A stretch of DNA of 62,267 nucleotides from a virus: positions 1 through 62,267 of the IMG/VR virus record IMGVR_UViG_3300022902_000004, one strand, 5' to 3'. The notes beneath the pieces are model-generated. The model did not search any database and was not told where the DNA came from. It saw only the letters and a list, made by a program, of their open reading frames with translations. This document shows, piece by piece, positions 27,064-35,726 of the stretch. Numbering within the stretch: the first letter of the stretch is position 1; every line of letters starts with the position of its first letter. The translations under genes and the position numbers were made by a program.

Positions 27064-27717
27064 TTATTTGAACTTCATCTTTCTTCCTTTTTTCCAACCT
27101 TTGTTGAGGAATGAATCAAGTTCGTTTTTGTCGATTTTCATGGACCTCTTTTCTTTTAGATTGTAAATCCAAACTTTTCCGTATTGGGAGTTTCCTTTTC
27201 CCCGTTGATGAACCGCATTTGCGGCACCAATCTTTTTCTTTGTTGCTTCTTTGTGCTTTCTTCCTGTCCAATCAAAAGGTTTTAGTTTTCCTTCTTTATG
27301 GAGCCGTTTGAAGCTCTCAGAGCAACTTTGTTTCTTACGAGCAACCCATTCTGGATTTGACCAATTTGCCTCGTTCATGGCAATGGCTGCTTTTTTGTTC
27401 TTTTCTTTTCGGGTTAGCTCGTTGTTGTTGATGCGTTCCCACCCATCACCATGGCCGCCGAGAGACAAGTTGTATACGTCCTCCCGCAAAAGAAACGATT
27501 CATTAACGACTTCCTTTTCCTTTTCATACATTTCTGCAGAGTTCTTTAGAAAGTGAACATACTCCTTTGTGAAGTTTTCGATACCATGTTTTTCGATGGC
27601 CCTAGAAATCAACACGCCAGAACCCATATAATGGTCATTAAGATTTTTCGTCTTATGACAACCAATGTATATTTTGCCGTTCGTCCTATTCGTTATTTTG
27701 TAAATCGTGTAGTACAT
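27064..27717 (-). CDS. GIY-YIG homing endonuclease (Seg-like, NUMOD3)
   Basis: TIYKITN..KIYIG..YMGSG; HKEATKKKIG. Confidence 0.9.
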   Translation of the reverse strand: MYYTIYKITNRTNGKIYIGCHKTKNLNDHYMGSGVLISRAIEKHGIENFTKEYVHFLKNSAEMYEKEKEVVNESFLLREDVYNLSLGGHGDGWERINNNELTRKEKNKKAAIAMNEANWSNPEWVARKKQSCSESFKRLHKEGKLKPFDWTGRKHKEATKKKIGAANAVHQRGKGNSQYGKVWIYNLKEKRSMKIDKNELDSFLNKGWKKGRKMKFK

Positions 27718-27787
27718 TTTATGTTTTCTATCTTGTATAATGATAAATAGGTTCGAATCCCAGTTACCACAAAATAAAAATTCGAAG

Positions 27788-27863
27788 AGCGAGTAGCGGG
27801 ATTCGAACCCAGCACGATGATCTGATTGGAAATCAGATGGCCTACCTCATGGCCCTTACCCGC
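27788..27863 (-). tRNA. tRNA-Gly(UCC)
   Basis: TCTGA-TTTCCAA-TCAGA; U73. Confidence 0.85.
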
Positions 27864-27874
27864 ATGTTCTTGAA

Positions 27875-27979
27875 AATGACCGGCACATATTTACTAGCTT
27901 TTAGGTACCTAAGTCGCGTTCAACTGTGAGTTATAGTATCTTCTATTTTATACTATTGATTTATTCAGTGCCGATCATT
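27875..27979 (-). ncRNA. Putative ~105-nt structured RNA between tRNAs
   Basis: 12-bp terminal stem AATGATCGGCAC/GTGCCGGTCATT. Confidence 0.35.
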
Positions 27980-28055
27980 GGTGCGCTCGGTAGGCATCGA
28001 ACCTACGCATCTCCTGGTTAAGAGCCAGGTGCTGTCCCTCTCTAGCTTCGAGCGC
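27979..28055 (-). tRNA. tRNA-Lys(CUU)
   Basis: CCTGG-CTCTTAA-CCAGG; ACCA. Confidence 0.9.
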
Positions 28056-28062
28056 ATCTACT

Positions 28063-28178
28063 ATTCAATTGTCAAAGAAACCGTTTGGAGCGCTTGACCC
28101 CTTGGTTCCAAGGTCTGCACATTATCGTGCAACCCCTTATGAATCCATTATACCATGATTTTACGTTCTTTACACTTA
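28063..28178 (-). repeat. 116-bp promoter + hairpin + boxA-like leader, copy 2
   Basis: TTCTTTGACAATTGAAT immediately before tRNA-Lys(CUU). Confidence 0.8.
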
Positions 28179-28430
28179 GTTTGCGCACTTATGCAAACAA
28201 ACTTTAGGAACTTTATTGTCTCGGTTTGAGAACTTTATTGTCTTGGCTTTTCTTTGACGTGCACGCCCCAGTCCAAATCGCCTGGGATCGTGCCGTGATC
28301 CTTTTTGCACGCGTCAAACATAAGTTTCATGGCTTTAACTGCATCAGCAATTTTTGTAGCCTGACCGTTATGGTTCCATGACTTGTTTAACTTCGATGCG
28401 ATTTTCCACGTAAACATTCTTCTCTCCTAA

Positions 28431-28652
28431 GTCGTCCGGGGCTCCCATCTCATCAAGGTCCCGATGCTGGTGATCAAACCAGCATCTGACGCTGAGCTTA
28501 AAGGCCTTTGTCATGAGGTGGGTAGCCTATTGTCTATCCGCATCTGGGGCGGAACTCAACAACGTTTTGTTTCTCGTTATGGAAGGAAGTCCCAGGCGAC
28601 TTATTTCAGTCATATCTGGGCTTTTTATAGCACCCGGGTCCTCTCGGACAAC
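28431..28652 (-). ncRNA. Putative ~220-nt multi-stem ncRNA
   Basis: GTTGTCCG/CGGACGAC termini; CCCACCTCAT/ATGAGATGGG; GATGCTGG/CCAGCATC. Confidence 0.4.
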
Positions 28653-28673
28653 GCAAGCTTCCTCGTTTTGTTT

Positions 28674-28748
28674 TGGTACCCGGTGAGGGATTCGAACCCC
28701 CGACATTTGGTATGTAACACCAACGTTCTACCGCTGAACTAACCGAGC
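28674..28748 (-). tRNA. tRNA-Val(UAC)
   Basis: TTGGT-GTTACAT-ACCAA; ACCA. Confidence 0.9.
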
Positions 28749-28755
28749 GATCAGA

Positions 28756-28826
28756 ATGAAGCATCAGGACTTGAACCTGAGTCTCTGGGTGTATGTGCCC
28801 AGCGCGTGACCACTAGCTATACTTCA
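28756..28826 (-). ncRNA. tRNA-like RNA with 8-nt anticodon loop
   Basis: CTGGG-CACATACA-CCCAG; TGAAGTA/TGCTTCA; T-arm. Confidence 0.5.
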
Positions 28827-28935
28827 CTCTTTATTCTTGTTACGTAAAGAACCTGCATGCTTCGAAACTAGCAGACGACCTTGCTTATGTGTTAGCTCAC
28901 ACCTGGTTTTAGCATTGATGTGATGCAAGATATTG

Positions 28936-29024
28936 CGGAGCTGGGGACAGGATTCGAACCTGCGTTGTGGTTGCCCAACCGGATTACAAATCCGGTGCCT
29001 TCGACCATCTCGGCTCACCCCAGC
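28936..29024 (-). tRNA. tRNA-Thr(UGU) with long variable arm
   Basis: CCGGA-TTTGTAA-TCCGG; TTG-GGCAACCA-CAA extra arm. Confidence 0.8.
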
Positions 29025-29637
29025 GTCGTTTTTTCGTTACGAGCAACCTGTGTGCTCTAAAATAATTTCCTCCTTTTGGAGTAAGTCCCAGTGATAAGAG
29101 TGCTTGTCGGACAGTCGAATGTGATTCTAACGCAACAAGAAACTCTGCGTCAGTCGTTCGTTTTCGTATGCCATCCTTTCTTTTATTTCGACCTCGCCAT
29201 GTCTCGGTTAGAGCATGACAATTTGGACACAGAAGTTCCAAGTTTTCTCTATCATTATTTTGGTTGTTTCCATCAATATGTTCAATTTCTAATGGAATCA
29301 ACTCATCTTGCCATTTTTTGTTTTTGCAACGACGACAAGCATGCGCTTGCTCATCGAATATTCGCATACGCTGGCGCTTGGGTGGTAAACTATCGAAAGG
29401 TAGGTCGACATAATGTGCTATCCTATTTTCTCGATTTGTTTTTCCGCCTTTCACTGCACCTGCGCGTTGCGCATTAGTAGACGTGGTTCGCACCCGTCCT
29501 GTAAGCGATTGAGAAACCTTTTTATTGATTTCCTCCCTACTTTGTTTTGTTGAAAAACCTCTTGCGCACTTGGCACCACAGAATCGTCCGCTGCCATATT
29601 CACCTATATGCGTATCATTACAATTTTCACAATTCAT
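28984..29637 (-). CDS. HNH endonuclease
   Basis: LEIEHIDGNNQNNDRENLELLCPNCH; stop codon in tRNA-Thr anticodon loop. Confidence 0.85.
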   Translation of the reverse strand: MNCENCNDTHIGEYGSGRFCGAKCARGFSTKQSREEINKKVSQSLTGRVRTTSTNAQRAGAVKGGKTNRENRIAHYVDLPFDSLPPKRQRMRIFDEQAHACRRCKNKKWQDELIPLEIEHIDGNNQNNDRENLELLCPNCHALTETWRGRNKRKDGIRKRTTDAEFLVALESHSTVRQALLSLGLTPKGGNYFRAHRLLVTKKRRWGEPRWSKAPDL

Positions 29638-29687
29638 TTGAACCTCTTGTACCTAAATATGGGTACGTTCCAAGTTCAAATAAAAAT

Positions 29688-29821
29688 TGGTGGGTCCACC
29701 AGGACTCGAACCTGGAACCAACTCATTAATCTCGGAAAATCAGGTTCTGCCCCTTTTCCTGTTTTCACAGGTATCTATTTTTTCCCAAAGTGAGCTGCGC
29801 TACCAACTGCGCCATGGACCC
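29688..29821 (-). tRNA. tRNA-Lys(UUU) interrupted by 58-nt anticodon insertion (29729-29786)
   Basis: Removing the insert gives GCTCA-CTTTTAA-TGAGT; intact acceptor, D and T arms; ACCA. Confidence 0.8.
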
Positions 29822-30032
29822 ATTTTTGTTGTTATACGATTCGAACGGCAAACTTGGGTGCTGCCGATAGAATCACGTATTTTTGTTTCTTTCCGATTTT
29901 GACAGCGTAATGTTTCCACACCTGTCGCGAAGAATCGGCAGTCAAAAGATTGTACCATGTGAAGCCAGCGCTGTCGCCGGCGGTCAATGTATTTTTGATC
30001 GAAACCATGATGTTCTCCAATCGATGTGAAGC

Positions 30033-30254
30033 TTAGCCTCGAGGAATGATGTCCCACAAGCTGCGGACCACAGTTCCAGCATCGGTCAATTTGACCGTCA
30101 CTTCAAACCTGGGCAAGCCGACCACCTTAGTGACCACACCTGTTTTACCAGAGTTTCGAAGCTGGACTTTGTCGCCAATCTCGGGCCAGTATTTTTCGCC
30201 AGCTTTCCGAGCTTTCCGGTCAGGCTGGTGGCTTTTCAGTTTTGCCTTTTTCAT
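30033..30254 (-). CDS. Small SH3/KOW-like protein
   Basis: IGDKVQLR..GKTGVV. Confidence 0.5.
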   Translation of the reverse strand: MKKAKLKSHQPDRKARKAGEKYWPEIGDKVQLRNSGKTGVVTKVVGLPRFEVTVKLTDAGTVVRSLWDIIPRG

Positions 30255-30334
30255 TCCTGGCTCCTGTTTTGCAGGCCGGCATCCCCGGCGACATATACAT
30301 TATACCATGAAATGAGACGTTTTACACGAAGCTG

Positions 30335-30685
30335 TTAGCTATTGACGTAAACAACTCGTGCCGCGTCATCAATCAAATCAGAAACCGCAGGCTTCACATT
30401 CCACTCAGGGGCTTCCAGTTTCATTAGAGGCACGTGATGGGCTTCGAAACGTCGCAAGTCTTTGATTACATCTGGCCAAAAGCGGTGCTCGCCTTCATCT
30501 TTGTTTGACGTGAAAAAATAAAACTTGTGGCGACCACCGGCAGCACCACTTTTTTTAGTACCTACGAATGTCAGTACATGTGTATGGTCGATAATCTGGC
30601 GTCCTGGAAATCTCGTGTCGGCTGACTGCCCTCGGCCGAATCCAAAAACGTATTGTTCGCCTTGCGTTAATTGACTTACTCGCAT
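30335..30685 (-). CDS. Hypothetical protein
   Basis: RBS and ATATTTA upstream. Confidence 0.55.
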   Translation of the reverse strand: MRVSQLTQGEQYVFGFGRGQSADTRFPGRQIIDHTHVLTFVGTKKSGAAGGRHKFYFFTSNKDEGEHRFWPDVIKDLRRFEAHHVPLMKLEAPEWNVKPAVSDLIDDAARVVYVNS

Positions 30686-30730
30686 GTTGTGTTCCTTTGT
30701 TCCTATAAATATAGGCGACTTTCTATTTGT

Positions 30731-30807
30731 GGGGGTGGAAACTGAGATTTGAACTCAGGTCTCCGGATTCACAGTCCAGCATCTTAACCAATTAGACGAT
30801 AACCACC
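30731..30807 (-). tRNA. tRNA-His(GUG)
   Basis: CTGGA-CTGTGAA-TCCGG; genomic G-1 and C73. Confidence 0.85.
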
Positions 30808-31328
30808 ACTGATTCGTCAAGGGCCCCATCCTTACCCCTGTCATCGCCGCACCCCTGACTGTCGATTCATGGTACAGCTCCTATATTTTCTCTCTTATTC
30901 GATTGTCAATGCAGGTTGGTGCGCTTGGCTCCGTACCTTGTGAATCAATTATACCATGATTCTTCGCTCTTTACACTCAAAATCTCACTTTATTTGGTGT
31001 ATTCGATTTTTATTTCTAACCATTCGTTTCGTAACCATTTTCTTGTGTTGTCCATCAAAACGTATGAGGATAGTGCCCCGTAATTGTCCCGGGTTTGCAG
31101 GACGAGACCTAGCGAGCCTGTGTTCGTGTTGGCCACGATCGACCCGATTTCATAATACTCAGTCGTCATCGTTCCTTCCTCAAAAACAAATCAGGGTATG
31201 GGCCGGCGTAGCAAAACCTGCGACTGTCTTCCAACGTATACACCAAGTCAACATGCCCATCAGGATCCAGCATGATTTCCACAACAAGGCCGATATTTCC
31301 TGAGGCGTCTATTACAAGATCGCCAACA

Positions 31329-31553
31329 TCATAGTTTTCCATGCCTAACACTTCCTTTGTGCTCTATAAAGCGTGTGTCCGGATACCAACCTTTGACGCC
31401 GTCAATCAAGACCTCGACCTGGGCGTACCCGCCTGGGTCATCGATGTCGACAACCAGCCCGATTTGTTTTGTCACCTTGCAAATCACGATGGCGCCGATT
31501 GCGTAATCGGGTTCCTTCCACTTTAGTGGGTCGCGAGGTTTGCTATTTTCCAT
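31329..31553 (-). CDS. Small SH3/KOW-like protein
   Basis: IGAIV..QIGLVVDI; similar to neighbour 31166-31351. Confidence 0.5.
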   Translation of the reverse strand: MENSKPRDPLKWKEPDYAIGAIVICKVTKQIGLVVDIDDPGGYAQVEVLIDGVKGWYPDTRFIEHKGSVRHGKL

Positions 31554-31870
31554 TCCTCGATTTTCCTCCCGAGCACGAGATGGGCGTCCATCATGTTTGC
31601 AATGTATTCTGGAGTTGCGTCTTGCAGGCGTAAACCCTTTTCTTGTCGTCTTACAACACCATCATCAGCTGTTGCAACCATCCAGCCAGGACCTGGAACA
31701 GGATTGCCTCTGTCTTCCATCTGTTTGTGCCAGCTCCTGGTATCAGGAATCGTGACCTTTTCAATAAGAAGCCCTGGTTGCTTGTGGAAAATGTGTTTTC
31801 CTGTCTTAGTTTTTGTGCTGCGCTTTTTGCTAATCAGCACAACCAAATCGCCTACCTTGTAATGGCTCAT
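31523..31870 (-). CDS. Hypothetical protein
   Basis: YKVGDLV; operon. Confidence 0.55.
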   Translation of the reverse strand: MSHYKVGDLVVLISKKRSTKTKTGKHIFHKQPGLLIEKVTIPDTRSWHKQMEDRGNPVPGPGWMVATADDGVVRRQEKGLRLQDATPEYIANMMDAHLVLGRKIEEWKIANLATH

Positions 31871-32142
31871 TCCTCACCTCGAAGTGCTTTTGCAGAAGGA
31901 CTCTCAAACTCGGCCTCGATTTCTCGCTCAGCTTCTCGGAGTGACCTGTCATATTCGGTTCCTGATTTATCCACAAACTTTGCATATCTGGCCAGCTCAA
32001 TCGCCAGCTTCATCGCATTTTTTGCCTTCATATGAAATGGAATGCCCCCTGGGCGAGCCTGTGTTTTGACCTTAAGGATCACAGATTCATCCTGAGATGT
32101 CACGTCAAGCGACCATTGAGGCCCAAAATCAATAAATGCCAT
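31867..32142 (-). CDS. Hypothetical protein
   Basis: Downstream of promoter ~32163-32192. Confidence 0.55.
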   Translation of the reverse strand: MAFIDFGPQWSLDVTSQDESVILKVKTQARPGGIPFHMKAKNAMKLAIELARYAKFVDKSGTEYDRSLREAEREIEAEFESPSAKALRGEE

Positions 32143-32777
32143 TGTATCTCTCCAGTGTATTCATTCTATCATGATTTGATGTATTTTACACGATGCGTGC
32201 ACGTTACTGGAATATTCTTTCTGGCAATCCGTCGAGAGCCTTTTTAGCAGCCCACATATCCTCGCCGTACATTTGAATGATGTAATGTGGGGCAGACTCA
32301 ATCGACTCGTCAACCATCACCCATTCACACCCATTTAGAACCGCCACCGGAACTTTGTTACCTCGGTAGAGTAAGTCTAAACTGCCTGTTCGTTCAACCC
32401 ATCCTCGCTTTGTGCTAACGATTGGGTATTCTGTGCTGATATATTCTCTTGGGCATGCCACCAGGTAAGTTTGGTCATCGCTGACACATCCTGTCATTGC
32501 GATTATCATTACGAAGATGGCAAGTAGACGTTTCACAAATCGCGTTGGCGTCGTCGAGCGTCTTCTTTTCGTCGGTCGACCAAACTGTCCTGGGCGTTTG
32601 CAACATCTCGCAAGAGCTTCCTGAATTTCGGGCTGATACCACGTTTCTCCAGGAATCTTGCGGTGACCCATTTTAGGTCCGCATCAGCCGAGATAAGCTT
32701 GGTGATTATTTTGTTCATGTTTGCCATTGTATTCCACCTGCTCAGTGAATGATGTGCTATGACACATCGGGTTACAA

Positions 32778-33167
32778 TTAATCGTAGTACGAGAAACTAC
32801 GGGGTGCACGACGGCGAGCACGTTTGGCCTTTGATGCTCCGCCGCTGACTAGTACTGCCAGTACTTGCTCGACTGACGTGCCATATTGAGCTGCAAATTC
32901 ATCGTCAAGCGATGTGACAATATTGCCAAGCTGGCTATCACGGTCTGTAAGCTTGAGCCATGGCTGCCCCTTGTGGGTTCTGGGCTGGTATTGAATATAC
33001 GGAATGTCTTCCGGTAATACCTGCATCGTAAATGCCTTTGAGAGGGCTGTCAGCTCATTTTTATTCGGGCTGAGTGCCGTGGCACTATCTCCCGCATCAG
33101 AGCCAAAATCGTATCTACGACCAGACTGTTCAACCAACTGCCTAATTTGTTTTCGCGTGATCTTCAT
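32778..33167 (-). CDS. Leader-family protein, paralog of C-terminal domain of 48045-48728
   Basis: MKITRKQIRQLVE; shared L.DR..QLGN...GT.VE.VLA.LV..GA. Confidence 0.7.
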   Translation of the reverse strand: MKITRKQIRQLVEQSGRRYDFGSDAGDSATALSPNKNELTALSKAFTMQVLPEDIPYIQYQPRTHKGQPWLKLTDRDSQLGNIVTSLDDEFAAQYGTSVEQVLAVLVSGGASKAKRARRRAPRSFSYYD

Positions 33168-33238
33168 AGTCCCTCCTGCGGATTATGTTACTTTGTTCGT
33201 GACGTGCAAACCATTTGCTGTCACTTATTTATTTTTCT

Positions 33239-33589
33239 TCATTCAAACATGTCACTTGAGAAAAAGCGTAGAACCAATGGTTCCTCTGATGCATAATCAA
33301 ATTGGACTGGCATCATAAATATTTCCTCACTAATGACAAATGTATTTGTTACGTCGCCCTCACCTTTCATGAGCTCGAGCACACATTTCACTTTTTGACC
33401 GTGTAACTTCATGTATTTTTTAATGTCGTCCTTCAACGGGACATACATTTCAAAACTAACATGCCCAACCATTGGGTTGGCACCAACCCTGCGAATCAGT
33501 GACGCATCAATTAGTGTTTCAGATGCGTCGTCGCTTAGTACGTTGAGTCGAAACTGAAACTCTTTTTTCGCTTCAAACTGCGTTGTCAT
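33239..33589 (-). CDS. Possible divergent tail-tube-like protein
   Basis: FEAKKEFQF..FEMYVP..LEL..G.V..DYASEEP resembles gp19-like pattern; weak. Confidence 0.35.
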   Translation of the reverse strand: MTTQFEAKKEFQFRLNVLSDDASETLIDASLIRRVGANPMVGHVSFEMYVPLKDDIKKYMKLHGQKVKCVLELMKGEGDVTNTFVISEEIFMMPVQFDYASEEPLVLRFFSSDMFE

Positions 33590-33605
33590 TTATTCCTCTT
33601 ATCTG

Positions 33606-33672
33606 TGGATGGGTGTCCAGGAGTCGAACCTGGCACGCTGGCTACGTGTTTCATCCAATAGAAACACACCCA
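33606..33672 (-). ncRNA. 67-nt compact tRNA-like RNA (GCC loop, UCCA end)
   Basis: TGGGTGT/ACACCCA; GTTTC/GAAAC; ACG-TAGCCAG-CGT; no variable loop. Confidence 0.55.
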
Positions 33673-33777
33673 TGCTTTTCTCTAAATTCAATTGTCAAAG
33701 TCGTTACGGGCGCGAAGCTCGTGTGTATAAATAGCATCATAACACGATTTTTGACAATTTACACTAATCTTTTTCAC

Positions 33778-34143
33778 TTATTTCTTTTCGCAGCCGAAAA
33801 CTGCACACTCCGTTCGGACAACCATACGGCTTACTGACGCGGTAATCACCTCAACATTTTCCGACGTCACAGCCGTGGTGACAGCTCGGTGAAGTGCCAC
33901 ATCACGGATGTCCTCTGCTCGAGGAAGACTGGCTACTGCAGAGAGCAGGCACCCGACAATAACTGATCCCTTGATCCATCTTGTATATTTTGTGCGTTCT
34001 TCAGCCCTGGTATCTTTGTTCCCCAGCACAATCAAAAGTGCGAAAAACGTAACGAAACAGGCAGTAGTGCCCAAAGCGGCACCCAGATGCACATTCTCCA
34101 TCCACGCCCAGAAAAAATTCTCGTCCAAAATATTCATACTCAT
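33778..34143 (-). CDS. Hypothetical membrane protein
   Basis: Two hydrophobic helices. Confidence 0.55.
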   Translation of the reverse strand: MSMNILDENFFWAWMENVHLGAALGTTACFVTFFALLIVLGNKDTRAEERTKYTRWIKGSVIVGCLLSAVASLPRAEDIRDVALHRAVTTAVTSENVEVITASVSRMVVRTECAVFGCEKK

Positions 34144-34832
34144 TCTCCCTTCGCCAAGTATGCCAGCTTCAAAAAGTCTGGTGCATCCCGGCATTCTGCA
34201 TATTCCTGATTCATTTCACGAATACAATTCATCCTACGCTCATCATCCAACCATGGCGTTTCATGGCACAGCCTAAGGATTTCTTCGTTGATGCTGTCGA
34301 AGGCTCGCTTCCGGAGCCATTTGGCGTGATTTGTTAGGTTGTTTACCAGAAGACGGTTTTCCAAAACAATCTTGCGGGCTTGCTTGAGTCCTTCGGCATC
34401 AAACCCAACCGTGTAATCACACTTCACCAGCCGACAGCGCATGGCACCGTACTTGTTCTGGGAATCATCGATGATGATGTAGGGAGATCCAATCTTGTCA
34501 TTGTCCTCTAGCCATCGGCGACATGGGTCGCCACCACCGGAGCAACAATCTGTCTGAAAGATGTCAATCGTGTGGGCATGACGGGAGCCCGCCGCCGCTA
34601 GAACTTCGCGCATCCTTTCAATTGTTCGACCATTCCATGCCGTGTTGAACACGATGACAGGATTGTGTGACCGAATGACCGTTGGTGCTGCAAAAACAGA
34701 AGCTGGTCGTCCAATGAAATCAAACAGGTTGTCGAGGTGCGCGACGTTCTCAGGAAGCATATGATCCTGGGTGTGGGTGTTGGCAACGCCATCGACATCG
34801 AGGAAGACGAACATGTCAGGCTTGTTATTCAT
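34140..34832 (-). CDS. HAD-family phosphatase (RNA-repair type)
   Basis: VFLDVDGV, IVFNTAW, YIIIDD. Confidence 0.75.
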   Translation of the reverse strand: MNNKPDMFVFLDVDGVANTHTQDHMLPENVAHLDNLFDFIGRPASVFAAPTVIRSHNPVIVFNTAWNGRTIERMREVLAAAGSRHAHTIDIFQTDCCSGGGDPCRRWLEDNDKIGSPYIIIDDSQNKYGAMRCRLVKCDYTVGFDAEGLKQARKIVLENRLLVNNLTNHAKWLRKRAFDSINEEILRLCHETPWLDDERRMNCIREMNQEYAECRDAPDFLKLAYLAKGE

Positions 34833-35726
34833 GGGTTCGGGTTCCTCGGGTGCTGCCCAAGTGGGGTGTCCTGCGAAACCGGCTCGATGTTGTTAAGGTG
34901 GTATCTCACAGTCCTGGCCTTTTGTATCGGTAGGGGACGACTTGGGTATTCCATCGTTTCACGCAGTTCAATATCAAACGTAAGCATGCCGTCTGGGTGC
35001 TGATTCACCTTGGTCACGATGCCAACATGGGCACCGCATGCGAGACCAATTTGATTGCCTTTCAGTCTAACCTTGTCGCCGACCGCAGGCCCGAGCGTGG
35101 TATATTCATGGATCCATTGCAGTGTTTCAGTCTTAGTCATCGGTGAGCACCTCTGGGAATTCCAGCATTTCAAGGTCGACGCCCTTCGCCACCTTGTCAA
35201 CAAACTGCCGGGTGCGCTTTGCCTCAATGATCGCATCAAGGAGATCCTGTAAGCAGTAGATCTTATTTCGATCACTTGGAGACAGAGCCTTGAATTCAGC
35301 TGTGTTGGCGTACAGGTATAAGCGTTGATCCTCATGCTCAATCTCTTCTAGGCTCTTTTTCATAATATCGTCGACAGTCATGTGATACCTCTGGTTTGGG
35401 TCACCACCATCCTGGCAACATATCCATTATACCATGCTTTTACGATGTTTACACATGAACGATGAGCATTCATGTGAATCTGGCACACATTATCGTGCTT
35501 TATTTCTAGCGTCTTCAAGCCGGGCCATGACTTCCATTTCTAAGTCGGGCCAGTCGTCATCAAATGGCATCGGCACCAGATTTCCAATTTCTTGCGAAAT
35601 AACCTGTGAAAGGCTATGCTCGTCCCAACTTGCCCATCCCGGCATAATAAGGACCTCATCAACAACCATCGCCGCCTCATCACCTGCAGGATCAGTTGTT
35701 ACATCGTTTTGTGATTTACGCAATAT

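Noticed and set aside
29729-29786. Group I or group II intron in tRNA-Lys
   Set aside because: 58 nt is too short for either catalytic core; no GUGYG start, and no terminal G in the register that restores UUU.
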